Origin: an uncultured Acidobacteriota bacterium
GTDB taxonomy: Bacteria; Acidobacteriota; Polarisedimenticolia; J045
DNA length: 64,000 nt
Direction of reading: 5' to 3'
Assembly: GCA_963702425.1 (NCBI GenBank)
Contig: CAVPCQ010000035.1
Location: forward strand, 1 to 64,000
Positions 9,320-19,092 of this stretch are shown here, one piece after another (within the stretch, counting starts at the first letter, position 1; each line of letters begins with the position of its first letter). The position numbers were made by a program, and so were the translations under genes. Under the pieces are notes generated by a model. The model made no database searches. It worked only from the letters and a program-made list of their open reading frames with translations, and was not told where the DNA came from.

Positions 9320-10600
9320 TCAGCCGGCCGGCGTCGGATGCCGGCCGAAGAGCGCGTCGAGGTAGCGCGAGCGGAGCTGGCGGCCGGCCAGCGCGCGCTT
9401 GATCGGCGGCAGTTCCAGGATCACGCCGAGGACCGCCGCCATCGCGCGGTGGCTGGCCAGCACCTCCCCGTCTGCGATCAGCTCGGCCAGCTTCCCGCGC
9501 TCGAGCGCCATGAGCACGATGCGACGCGTCGAGTCGACCGGCGTGATGACGCGCCGGGCGCGCGGTGCCAGGGCCAGGCCGCCGGTCGCACAGGCCGCGA
9601 CGCAGACCCCGCAGCCGAGGCAGATCGCCTCGTCGACCGTGGCGACGGTGCCGCCCTTCCCGGCTTGCTCCCGGAGCGCAAGCGCACCGATCGGGCAGCG
9701 TGCGGCGCAGCGGCCGCAGCCGGTGCACGCCTCGGCGTCGACCGCGGCGATGAAGTTCGTGGTGTGGACCGGGAGGAGCGCGCCGAAGCGCTGCTGGGCC
9801 AGCAGCGCCTCGCAGCAGCAACCGCAGCAGTGGCAGATGAAGTTGACGTGGCGCTGGACGTTCTCGCCGAACTGCACCAGGCCCCGCTCGACCGCCTGCT
9901 GCAGCAGGTCGGTCGCCTCGGCGGCGTCAGCCCGGCGCGCCGCGCCGTGTTTGACCAGCGACGCCGCGGTGTTGTTGAAGGTCATGCAGATCTCGAGCGG
10001 CGCGTCGCAGGCCCGGCCCAGGTGGCCCATCTTGTGCCGGCAGTAACAGGTGCCAACGCCGATCGCGCTGGCGTCGCCGATCACCGCGCTCGCGCGCTCG
10101 AAGTCGAGGACGTGGAGCGCGAGCGATTCCGGCAGCGCCCGCTCCTGCACGAAGACCCGCCCGAGCCGCGTCTCGCCGTCGGTGAAGAGCCGGCGGATGA
10201 ACTCCTCCTCGACGTTGAGGTACTCGTAGAACAGCTCGGCCAGCAGTTTCTGATCGAGCCGCCCCGAGACCCGCATCATCGAGAACTCGAAGAAGCCGGC
10301 CATCGGCGGCGGCAGGACGTAGGTCGACTCGCCGACCTGCTCGATGTCCAGCAGCATCGCCCGGTCGGCGAGACCCTCGAGCACCGCCGCGGCTCGCGCT
10401 GGCTCCACTCCCCAGATGCGGGCCGCCCGGGCGGCAGTGAAGGGGCGGATCGGGAGCTGCGCGACGAGCGCGGCTTCCTCCTCGGTGAAGAGCAGGGCGA
10501 GGATCCGGTGGAGCAGCTCCGACGGCGGCGCACCCTGCGGGAAGCGGTTCAGCCGCTCGGTGAGCGCCCGGTAGGCGGAGCGTGCGGTGGCGTGGGCCAT
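9320..10600 (-). CDS. 4Fe-4S dicluster domain protein
   Basis: CYCRH, ICHCCGCCC, CTGCGRCAARCP, CLGCGVCVAAC; start MAHATARSAYRALTERLNRFPQGAP. Confidence 0.88.
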   Translation of the reverse strand: MAHATARSAYRALTERLNRFPQGAPPSELLHRILALLFTEEEAALVAQLPIRPFTAARAARIWGVEPARAAAVLEGLADRAMLLDIEQVGESTYVLPPPMAGFFEFSMMRVSGRLDQKLLAELFYEYLNVEEEFIRRLFTDGETRLGRVFVQERALPESLALHVLDFERASAVIGDASAIGVGTCYCRHKMGHLGRACDAPLEICMTFNNTAASLVKHGAARRADAAEATDLLQQAVERGLVQFGENVQRHVNFICHCCGCCCEALLAQQRFGALLPVHTTNFIAAVDAEACTGCGRCAARCPIGALALREQAGKGGTVATVDEAICLGCGVCVAACATGGLALAPRARRVITPVDSTRRIVLMALERGKLAELIADGEVLASHRAMAAVLGVILELPPIKRALAGRQLRSRYLDALFGRHPTPAG

Positions 10601-10651
10601 GGCGTCAGGGAGAGGATAGCGCCGGGGCGCAGCGGCGGGCTCGGGCAGCCG

Positions 10652-10720
10652 CGTCGGTGCGGGCCGGCGCGGAGGCTGGCCCCTACGTCGGTGCGGGCCG
10701 GCACGGAGGCCGGCCCCTAC
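10652..10720. repeat. Two tandem GTAG-type REP-like palindromes
   Basis: GGGCCGGC(A/G)CGGAGGC(C/T)GGCCCCTAC at 10661-10686 and 10695-10720. Confidence 0.85.
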
Positions 10721-12173
10721 GTCGGCAGCACGACCTCGAACGTCGCCCCCTGCCCCGGGCGCGACTGCACCCGGATCGTCGCCGCCGTGCAGCTCGACCA
10801 GTTGGCGCACGATCGACAGGCCGAGACCGGTCCCTTCCTCGCGCGTCGCCTTGTCGCGGGCGAGCGGCGAGAAGCGCTCGAACAGCAGGTGGATCCGGTC
10901 CGGCTCGATCCCGGGGCCGCGGTCGGTGACCGACAGCACGGCGGTCTCGTCGCGGGATCGCGCCGCCACCGTGACGGCGCTCGCGGCCGGCGCGTGCTTG
11001 ATCGCGTTGGAGAGGAGGTTGTTCACGACGCGGAGCAGCATCAGCCGGTCGCCCCGGACGACCGGTCCCTCGCTTGCACTCCCCTCCGGTTCTTCGAGCA
11101 CGAGCTCCACGCCGCGCGTCGCCGCGTAGCTGCGCGCGCCGGCGACCGCCTCGCGGGCCAGCGCCGCGAGGTCGACCGGCGCCAGGCGCGGCGCCTCGAC
11201 CCCGGCCTCGATCCGGGCCAGATCGAGCAGGCTGTCGACGAGGTGGATGACCGTCTCGGCACTGCGCAGGTTCTCGTGCAGGATCTCCGCCGTGGCGCCA
11301 CCGGCTCGCGGGGACTCGCGCAGCAGCAACTTGCAGCCGGCGTGGACCGAGAGCAGCGGGCTGCGCAGGTCGTGGCTGCAGACCGCGAGGAACTCGTCCT
11401 TGCGCCGGTGCAGCTCGACCAGCTCGACGTTCCGGCGCGCCAGCTTCGGCCTGCGCTCGCTCGTTCGCCTGGGTCTGGACGCGGATCAGGTGGTCCGCCC
11501 GCCGCACGAGGAGCCAGAGGGCACCGAACGCCAGCAGCGCGGCGACGCCGGCCAGGATCACCAGCCACGGCACGACCCGTTGGGAAATCCCCAGGGCGGG
11601 CGTGAAGTCGCGCCGCACATCGGCCACCGCCACGACGCGCCCGCTTTCGCGCACCGGGATGCAGAGCTCGCTCCCGCCCAGCGATCCGAGGCCGAAGATC
11701 GCGAGGGGCCACGGCGCCGATCCGGCGCGACGCAGCGCGATCCGCCCCGCGGCCGCTTCTTCGAACCCCTCGTGCCAGGGCGCGGGCGGTTCGGCTCCGG
11801 GGAGCGCGAACCGCTGCAGCGGGGTCCCGTCGAGCGCGAGCAGGCGGACGTCCGTCAGCCCGAAGTTCTCCATCTCGGCCAGGATCTCCTCGCGCAGCCC
11901 CGCGGGGGGAGGCTCGCCCCAGGCGCGGCGTGGATAGCCGCCCTCGTGGCAGAGCAGCACGAGGTCCTCGACGATGCTGTCGGCCTGGTCCTTGGCGACG
12001 CTGACGAACGCCTCGTGCACGAGCCACGCGCCGGAGGCCGAGAGCGCGAGGAAGACGGCCAGCATGATCGCCAGGCTGGCGCCGGTGAAGTAGCGCAGCA
12101 GGTTGAACGAAAGCCCCGGCGCGTCAGCGCCGGGGCCGCTCGAGGCGGAGGGTGTTCCAGCGGGCTTTGCCAT
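10717..12173 (-). CDS. Membrane sensor histidine kinase (several frameshifts, likely sequencing error)
   Basis: Two TM helices; H-box EFLAVCSHDLRSPL, N-box NNLLSNAIKH, DRGPGI and GTGLGLSIV are spread across frames. Confidence 0.8.
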
Positions 12174-12381
12174 CTCTCGTCTGCCGGCGCCGATTGTAGG
12201 AGCCGGGAGCGGGAGGCGCTCGGGCACCCCCCGTCCCCTTCGACGCGACCGAGCTGGACCCGGGCCGGACAGGGAGGAGTTTGCGAACCCCGGACTGACG
12301 GTCCGGGGCCGTGGATTGCGGCTGCTGCGCTGCGATATTCTCGCCGAGCCGGTTCGCTGACCGGCGGGCCGGGGTCCCAGA

Positions 12382-12926
12382 ATGCCGACCTACATCGCGC
12401 TCCTCCGCGGGATCAACGTCTCCGGCCGCAACACGATCCCGATGGCCGAGCTTCGCGCGCTCTGCGAGAGGTTCGGGGCCACCGACGTCCGGACGTACAT
12501 CCAGAGCGGCAACGTCCTCTTCGCGGCGCACGGGCACGGGCGCCGGCGATCGAGTCCGCGCTCGAGGCGGCGATCGAGCAGCGCTTCGGGTTCGCCATCC
12601 CCGTCATCGTCCGCGCGACCGCGCAGTGGCCGGGCTACATGGAGGGCAACCCCTTCCCCGAGGCCTCCGCGCGGGAGCCGAGCCACGTGCTCATGGGGCT
12701 CGCCAAGGCGCCGCCGCGGAAGGGCGCAGTCGAGGCGCTGCGCGAGCGCGCAACCGCCGGCGAACGCATCGAGGCGGCCGGCGACGCGCTCTGGTTCCAC
12801 TTCGCAGGTGGCGTCGCGCGCTCGAAGCTGACACCGGCGCTCATCGACCGGTTGGTTGGCTCGGCCGTCACCGCCCGCAACTGGCGCACCGTCCAGAAGC
12901 TGGGCGAGCTGGCCGCGGGCGGGTGA
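12382..12926 (+). CDS. DUF1697 family protein (one frameshift near 12535)
   Basis: YIALLRGINVSG, VRTYIQSGNVLF, and C-terminal TARNWRTVQKL in a second frame. Confidence 0.85.
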
Positions 12927-12948
12927 CGACGACGACTCGAGCGGGGCG

Positions 12949-13179
12949 CTACTTCTTCCGGGACTTCTTCGGCTCGTCGTGCTCGACGATGAAGGTGACG
13001 CGCATCGTCACGCGGTACTCGACGACCTTGCCCTTGTCGACGACGACCTTCTGCTCGGAGACCCAGGCCCCGTGCACGTGATCCACGGTCTCGGCCACCG
13101 TGGCGATGCCGGAGCGCACGGCATCCTCGAAACCCTTGGTCGACGAGGACGTGACTTCGATCACCTTCGCGACGGACAT
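12949..13179 (-). CDS. Dodecin family protein
   Basis: MSVAKVIEVTSSSTKGFEDAV...VVEYRVTMRVTF. Confidence 0.88.
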   Translation of the reverse strand: MSVAKVIEVTSSSTKGFEDAVRSGIATVAETVDHVHGAWVSEQKVVVDKGKVVEYRVTMRVTFIVEHDEPKKSRKK

Positions 13180-13258
13180 CTTCCCTCCTCCGCGGCGCCG
13201 CATCGGGGGCGGGCCGTCGGAAGGAGTATAGGAGACCTGGACGGCGGACGGAACCCGC

Positions 13259-15238
13259 TCAGAGCCGCCAGATGAACCCGCCGCGCACCGTCGCCCCCGG
13301 CATCGGGTAACCCGGCCGGTAGCTGTAATCGGTGTCCGTGAGGTTCTCGCCGGTGACGAACAGCTGGATCCCGTTCTCCTTCGCCGACAGATCCCACGCC
13401 ACACGCCCGTTGAGCAGCAGGAAGCCGTCTACCGCCTCCGGCTGGCCGGGGAAGCGCGGGTTGCCGACGAACCGGTCGTCGATCCACTGCGCGTCGAGGT
13501 TGACCTGCCAGCGCGCGGCCGGCGCCCAGTTGAGCCCCGCGACGGCCGTCCACTGGGGGGTGTACGGGATGTCGTCGGGATCGGTCGTCGTGTAGGTCGC
13601 ACCGATCATGATGTCCACCGTCCGCGCCGGTTTGACGGTGAAGGTCGCCTCCACCCCGCGGATCAGGTACGACCCGATGTTGTCGAAGCTGGGCGGCGGC
13701 GGCGGGGGCGGGACGAAGCGCAGCGCGTCGCGGACATCGGATCGGAAAAGCGCGACGTCGAGGTGCGCCGAGCGGCCGAGCGCGAGCCCCGTGCCGACTT
13801 CGAACTGCTCCTGGCGCTCCGGTTCGAGCGTGAGCCAGCCGTCGCGGTTGGGGCCGAAGCCGCCGTAGAGGAACGCGGTCCAGACGCCGGGAAGGTTGTA
13901 GGAGTCGGACCAGCGCGCATAGACCTGGCCCCACGCGCCACGCAGCACCAGCCCCGCCTGCCCGCCCCAGTCGCCGCCGAAGTAGCGGCTGTCGTTGTAG
14001 CGCAGGCCGGCCGACGGCACGAGTTCCGTTCCGCTGCCGCCGAGGGGGATCGCCCAGTTCGCCGCGAGGTACGGCGAGCTGTTGCGGAAGTGGAGGTCGC
14101 CAAGCGGCTGGTCGGGCTGGCCGCGGCGCGTCTCCCGGGCCCGGCCGCCGTAGAAGTCCTGGTCGAAGCCGGCGACGAGCTCGCCGCGCGCCGCGATCCG
14201 GAAGGTGGCCTTCAACCGAGCGCCGTAGTTGAGGTAGTCGGTGAGCGTGGTGAAGACATCTTCCCCGGCGGAGCCGGTCTCCACCTGCTGCCAGTCGAGC
14301 CCGCCATCGTCGGCGTAGAGGCGAACCGACCCGCTCCAGCGCTCGCCGGTGTGCTCCAGCGCCAGGAGGCCGATCAGGTCCTCGACGGCGAAGCGCGGCG
14401 TCACCGAGGGCTTCGGCGCCCCCTCGGGCCCCGGGTCGTTGGCCCACGCGTCGTTGTAGTCGGCGAGCAGCGACAGGTCCCAGCCCGGCGCGACCTGCCA
14501 GCCCACGCGCGCGAAGGCGTCGGTCACGCGGCCGTCGGCATCCTCGCGGTGCCCGTCGCTGCGGGTGGTGCTGGCGGCGGCGAAGTAGTCGAATTCCCCC
14601 TGCCGGCCGCCGTACTCGAGGGCCGCCTCGCCGAAGCGATCGACGCCGAGCGAGGCCAGCAGCTGCCCGCCGTGTCCTTCTCCCACGTAGCGCTTCGGCA
14701 CCAGGTTGACCGCGGCGAAGGCCATGTTCCCGAGCAGCGCCGGCTCGGGCGCCTTGTGCACGTCGATCCGCGCCGTGGTGTGGACCGGCATCGTGTCGAG
14801 CAGCGGGTGGGTCCAGATGCCGACGAAGCGCGGGACGCCGTCGTACAGGGTCGTGATCTCCGCCCCGGGACGGCCCGAGCCCTGTCCGCGGATGAAGATC
14901 GCGCCGCCGTCGGCGCCGCCGTAGCTGCCGACGGCGTTGTAGCGCGAGATCACCACCCCCGGCACCCGCCGCAGCGCCGACGCGAAGTCGACCGCGTCGA
15001 GGTCCTCGATCTGGCGTTCCCCGACGCGCACGATCGGGTTGCCGTAGGCGTCGACCGTCGTCTCCTCGACCACCGGCGAGGCGACGACCGTCACCTCCTC
15101 GGTGACGCCCGAGGGAAGCGGGGGCTCCGTCGGGGTCTGGGGCGGGTTCGCCGGCTCCTCGGCGGCGACGGCTGCGAAGGCGGCGACGCAGACCAGGCAG
15201 GGGGCCACGACGACGGCGAGCATCCGGTGGAGCGGCAT
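13259..15238 (-). CDS. TonB-dependent receptor, putative nickel or nickel-chelate uptake
   Basis: Signal peptide, EEVTVVA TonB box, ALRRVPGV...FIRG plug, ENLTD...YPMPG C-terminus; directly downstream of nikR. Confidence 0.88.
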   Translation of the reverse strand: MPLHRMLAVVVAPCLVCVAAFAAVAAEEPANPPQTPTEPPLPSGVTEEVTVVASPVVEETTVDAYGNPIVRVGERQIEDLDAVDFASALRRVPGVVISRYNAVGSYGGADGGAIFIRGQGSGRPGAEITTLYDGVPRFVGIWTHPLLDTMPVHTTARIDVHKAPEPALLGNMAFAAVNLVPKRYVGEGHGGQLLASLGVDRFGEAALEYGGRQGEFDYFAAASTTRSDGHREDADGRVTDAFARVGWQVAPGWDLSLLADYNDAWANDPGPEGAPKPSVTPRFAVEDLIGLLALEHTGERWSGSVRLYADDGGLDWQQVETGSAGEDVFTTLTDYLNYGARLKATFRIAARGELVAGFDQDFYGGRARETRRGQPDQPLGDLHFRNSSPYLAANWAIPLGGSGTELVPSAGLRYNDSRYFGGDWGGQAGLVLRGAWGQVYARWSDSYNLPGVWTAFLYGGFGPNRDGWLTLEPERQEQFEVGTGLALGRSAHLDVALFRSDVRDALRFVPPPPPPPSFDNIGSYLIRGVEATFTVKPARTVDIMIGATYTTTDPDDIPYTPQWTAVAGLNWAPAARWQVNLDAQWIDDRFVGNPRFPGQPEAVDGFLLLNGRVAWDLSAKENGIQLFVTGENLTDTDYSYRPGYPMPGATVRGGFIWRL

Positions 15239-15262
15239 GACGACACCTCTTGACCGTCGCGC

Positions 15263-15670
15263 TCAGCGCGACGCGGATCCGATCACGAGACGGGCCTGCA
15301 GGACCCCCTTGAGGCGGCCGAGCCGGTCGGCGACGCGGCGCAGCTCGGCGGGCCGGCCGCGCAGGGCGTGGACCTCGAGGCAGAGGTCGTGGTCGAGGTG
15401 GACGTGCAGCGTCGCCAGGATCCGGCCGTGGTGCTCGTGCCCCTCGTCGATCAGCCGGTCGGCGAGATCGCGGCGGGTGTGGTCGTAGACGAGCGTGAGC
15501 GTGGCCACGGCGTCGCCGGCGCCGCGCTCCCACTCCTCCTCGACGAGGCCGCGGCGGATCATCTCGCGGATCGCCTCCGAGCGGTTGGCGAGGCCCCGTC
15601 GCGTGACGAAGCGGTCGAGGCGGCCGAGGAGCTGCTTTTCGATCGCGAGGCTGACCCGTTCGACGCTCAC
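15263..15670 (-). CDS. nikR: Nickel-responsive regulator NikR
   Basis: RHH domain (RVSLAI...NRSEAIREMIR), LVYDH, HEHH, TLHVHLDHDLCLEV. Confidence 0.95.
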   Translation of the reverse strand: MSVERVSLAIEKQLLGRLDRFVTRRGLANRSEAIREMIRRGLVEEEWERGAGDAVATLTLVYDHTRRDLADRLIDEGHEHHGRILATLHVHLDHDLCLEVHALRGRPAELRRVADRLGRLKGVLQARLVIGSASR

Positions 15671-15682
15671 GCGTTCTCTCCT

Positions 15683-15729
15683 TCATACGAATCTGAAGAA
15701 TCTTCCTACCGGTCGGGGCGCAAGGTCAA
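15683..15729 (-). promoter_or_regulatory. Putative nikR promoter/operator
   Basis: AT-rich patch with imperfect palindrome GTAGGAA-N11-TTCGTAT, an E. coli-type GTATGA half-site next to the SD, and TTGACC upstream. Confidence 0.45.
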
Positions 15730-15775
15730 GCGGGTCCGGGGACGGCCTTCGCGGGGGGTGGCGCGCCGGCGACGG

Positions 15776-17236
15776 CTACGGGGCCGACGCCGGGCCCGGG
15801 GTCGGGGGCGGCACCAGACCCGGGGGCGGGGGCGGCGGTGACGCTTCCGCCGACGCGGCCGGCGCCACGCGCAGCAGCGACGCCGTCGGCGCGGCGAAGA
15901 CGCGCAGCCCCACCGCGCCGACGCCGCGGCGCGGAATCTCGCGCGCCAGCTGCTCGGGCAGGCCGGGGACGAGCCCGATCTCGATCGTCCGGCCGCTCTT
16001 CGACGAGAAGGCGGCGCGCGGAACGACGTCGGCGACCTGGGGCTTCAGGTTCCCCTTCCCCGTCGTCGCGCCGCTGCCGAGCTGGATCCCGTCGACGAAG
16101 CAGTCCTGCGGTGGTCGCCCGATCGTCACGGGGCGGACCGCGAGGTCGAAGTAGCCCGGGGAATCGAGCCGCTCGCGGGCCAGCACGGCGGCGCGGAAGC
16201 CGAGCACGACGTAGGGCCCGAGGTGACCATGGAAGGCGGCGAGCCGCTTGAGCGGCGGCCCGGCCGCGTCGGCGGCGGCGGGCTGATCGGGCGGCGTCTC
16301 GGTCCAGAGCGCGACCAGCAGGCGGCCGTTCGCCTCGCCGTCGAGCGTGTTGAGCAGCACGGCCCGGTCGCCGGCCGCCGCCGTCAGCGTCCCCTCCGGA
16401 TCGAGGTCGACCCGCCTGTCGCGCGCCGCACCGCCCGCGTCGCCGCCGAGGAAGGCGGCCACGAGCGCCGCGTCGGCCAGCGGCGGAACGGGGTGGCCCG
16501 ACCCGCGCCAGACCGCGGCGAGCAGGCGCGCCGGGAGCGCCACCGAGGAGGCGAGGCGGGACGCCGTCCCCTCGGGGAGCGCGATCGCGTGCGCGGCCGT
16601 TTCCGGCACCAGGACGAGCGGGACGCCGGCGCGGAAGACGGCGCGCGCCGCGGCCGGATCGGCGTCGATGTTCCACGCGTGCTCGCCGGGCCCGCCGAGC
16701 AGCCACACCGCGGCGATCCGGCGCGCCGCGGCCGGGTCGGCGGCGAAGAGCCGCGCGAGGTTCGTCAGCGGTCCGAGCGCGAGCACCACGATCTCGGCGT
16801 CACCGTGCGCCCCGAGCACGCGCCCGATCAGCGCGGACGCGTCGCGCTCCGGCACCGCTCCCACCGCGGGAAGCGCTACCCCACCCAGCGATTCGGCGAC
16901 CGCGCGCCACCGGGGGGCCTCCCCGGACGGCGTAGCCCCCGTCGCCACGGGCACCCCGGGCGCGCCCGCCAGCGCGAGGAAACGCGCTGCGTTGTCGGCG
17001 CCGCGTTCCGGCGCGGCCGCGCCGCCGACCGTCGTCACGGCCACGATCTCCACGGTCGGCGCGGCGGCGAGCGCCGCCAGCGCGGCCAGGTCGTCGAGTC
17101 CCATGTCGGTATCGACGACGACGGGAATCCTGTAGGCCGGATCGGCCGGGTCGTGGTCGGCCAGGCCGGCCCCGCTCGCCCCCAGCCCGAGCGTCACCAC
17201 CGCGATCGCAACGATGACACGCCGCCCGCTGTTCAT
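15776..17236 (-). CDS. Exported nucleoside hydrolase (IUNH)-FmdE fusion protein
   Basis: Signal peptide; DTDMGLDD, LGPLTNLA and WNIDADPAAA (IUNH); FHGHLGPYVVLG...CFVDGIQLGSGATTGKGNL (FmdE). Confidence 0.85.
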   Translation of the reverse strand: MNSGRRVIVAIAVVTLGLGASGAGLADHDPADPAYRIPVVVDTDMGLDDLAALAALAAAPTVEIVAVTTVGGAAAPERGADNAARFLALAGAPGVPVATGATPSGEAPRWRAVAESLGGVALPAVGAVPERDASALIGRVLGAHGDAEIVVLALGPLTNLARLFAADPAAARRIAAVWLLGGPGEHAWNIDADPAAARAVFRAGVPLVLVPETAAHAIALPEGTASRLASSVALPARLLAAVWRGSGHPVPPLADAALVAAFLGGDAGGAARDRRVDLDPEGTLTAAAGDRAVLLNTLDGEANGRLLVALWTETPPDQPAAADAAGPPLKRLAAFHGHLGPYVVLGFRAAVLARERLDSPGYFDLAVRPVTIGRPPQDCFVDGIQLGSGATTGKGNLKPQVADVVPRAAFSSKSGRTIEIGLVPGLPEQLAREIPRRGVGAVGLRVFAAPTASLLRVAPAASAEASPPPPPPGLVPPPTPGPASAP

Positions 17237-17283
17237 CGGTTCCGGTCCTCCGGCTGCGGAGCGCTTCACGCTCGCCGCCCACT

Positions 17284-19092
17284 CTACAGTGCCGGCGCGT
17301 CCCCCCGCTCCACGGCCTGCCGCGCCAGCTCGATCCCCCGCTCCAGCCGACGGACGACGCGCACGTCCGGCAGCCGGTGGCGCCAGTCGGCCCGCACCAG
17401 CGCGCGCGCGGGCTGCCGGCGCAGCCCGGCCAGGACGACCGCGACGTGGCGCCGGCGCAGGAAGTCGATCGCCGCCTCGAGGTGCACGATGCCGGTGGCG
17501 TCGATCGCGGGTACCGCCGTCAGGTCGAGCACCACGACGCGCGCGCTGCGGTCGACCGTCTCGAGGGCCTCGACTGCCTTCGCCGCGGCGCCGAAGAAGA
17601 GCGGGCCCGCCACCTCGTAGAGCACGATTCCGGGCGGCAGCGGCTCGCGCAGCGCCGGGTGGTCGGCGGTGGCCCGCTCGATGCCGAAGACGTCCGCCAT
17701 GCGCTTGATGAAGAGCATCATCGAGAGCAGCATCCCGGCTGTCACCGCGACCGTCATGTCGAAGATCACGGTCAGGCTGAAGCAGGCCAGCAGCACTGCC
17801 ACGTCGGCACGCGGCGCCCCGCGCAGCAGGCGCAGGAAGTGCTGCGGCTCCGACATGTTCCAGGCCACGACCAGCAGCAGCGCGGCCATCGCCGCCATCG
17901 GCAGGTAGCCGAGGGCGGGGGCCAGCGCAAGCATCGTCGTCAGCACGACGACACCGTGGATCGCCGACGCGAGCGGCGTCCGGGCCCCACTGCGGATTCC
18001 GGTCGCCGTGCGCGCGATCGCCCCGGTCGCGGCGATCCCGCCGAAGAACGGCGCCACGACGTTGCCGATCCCCTGCGCGACCAGCTCGGCGTCGGGGTCG
18101 TGCTTGGTCCCCTTCATCCCGTCGGCGATCGTCGCCGAGAGCAGCGACTCGATCGCGCCCAGCACGGCGATCGCGAAAGCGGAGGGGATCAGCGTGCGCA
18201 CCAGGTCGAAGGAGAACCGGGCCGTCTGCCCGTCGGCGCCGCCGACGCGCCACGGCAGGACCGGGAGCGGAAGCTGGCGCGGAATCCCGGGCAGCAGCCG
18301 CCCGTCGCCGGCCTCGAAGACGAAGCGGTCCCGGATCGTCGCCACGTGGAAGCCCGGGACCAGGCGCGAGGCCAGCCACGCCGCACCGGCGGCGACCACC
18401 AGCGCGACCAGCGGCGAGGGGACCTTGCGCGTGAGCTTCGGCCACAACAGCAGCACCGCGAGCGTCAGGGTCGCGATCGCGACGTCGGGCAGGCGCGCCG
18501 TCGGCAACGCGAAGGCGATGTCGCCCAGCCGCTCGACGAAGTGGGGCGCGGGCGACTCGATCGTCAGGCCGAGCAGGTCCTTGACCTGCAGCGTCGCGAT
18601 CACGACGCCGATCCCGGCCGTGAAGCCGGTCGTCACCGGGTAGGGCACGAACTCGATCAGCTTGCCGAGCCGCAGCAGCCCCATCGCGATCAGCATCAGC
18701 CCGGCCAGGACCGTCGCGACGAGCAGGCCGGAGAGGCCGAAGCGGGCCGCGATCGGCGCCAGCACGACGACGAACGCGGCGGTCGGGCCGGTCACCTGCC
18801 AGCGCGATCCGCCGAGCAGCGGGACCAGGATCCCGGCGACGATCGCGGTGGTGAGGCCGACCTGCGGGGGGACACCGGAGGCGATCGCCAGCGCCATCGA
18901 GAGCGGCAGCGCGACGATGCCGACCACCAGACCGGCCAGGATGTCGGCCCGCAGCGTACCCGCTCCGTAGCCCGGGGCGAGTGCGCCGCGGAGCGCGACG
19001 CCGAGCCGCGGCAGGCGGACCAGCGCGCCGTCCTCGCCGCGCGGCCGGTCGCCGGCGGGCGAGGCCGGCGCGGAATGCGACGGCTCAGACGT
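17284..19092 (-). CDS. SulP family transporter, DauA-like C4-dicarboxylate transporter with STAS domain (start uncertain)
   Basis: DILAGLVVGIVALPLSMALAIASG, GPTAAFVV, GAIESLLSA, ATGAIART, GPLFFGAA. Confidence 0.9.
   Translation of the reverse strand, partial: TSEPSHSAPASPAGDRPRGEDGALVRLPRLGVALRGALAPGYGAGTLRADILAGLVVGIVALPLSMALAIASGVPPQVGLTTAIVAGILVPLLGGSRWQVTGPTAAFVVVLAPIAARFGLSGLLVATVLAGLMLIAMGLLRLGKLIEFVPYPVTTGFTAGIGVVIATLQVKDLLGLTIESPAPHFVERLGDIAFALPTARLPDVAIATLTLAVLLLWPKLTRKVPSPLVALVVAAGAAWLASRLVPGFHVATIRDRFVFEAGDGRLLPGIPRQLPLPVLPWRVGGADGQTARFSFDLVRTLIPSAFAIAVLGAIESLLSATIADGMKGTKHDPDAELVAQGIGNVVAPFFGGIAATGAIARTATGIRSGARTPLASAIHGVVVLTTMLALAPALGYLPMAAMAALLLVVAWNMSEPQHFLRLLRGAPRADVAVLLACFSLTVIFDMTVAVTAGMLLSMMLFIKRMADVFGIERATADHPALREPLPPGIVLYEVAGPLFFGAAAKAVEALETVDRSARVVVLDLTAVPAIDATGIVHLEAAIDFLRRRHVAVVLAGLRRQPARALVRADWRHRLPDVRVVRRLERGIELARQAVERGDAPAL

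Noticed and set aside
9320-11329. Apparent histidine kinase-ferredoxin fusion (669 aa)
   Set aside because: Artefact of a frameshift near 10780; the kinase stops at 10717 and the Fe-S gene has its own start at 10600.
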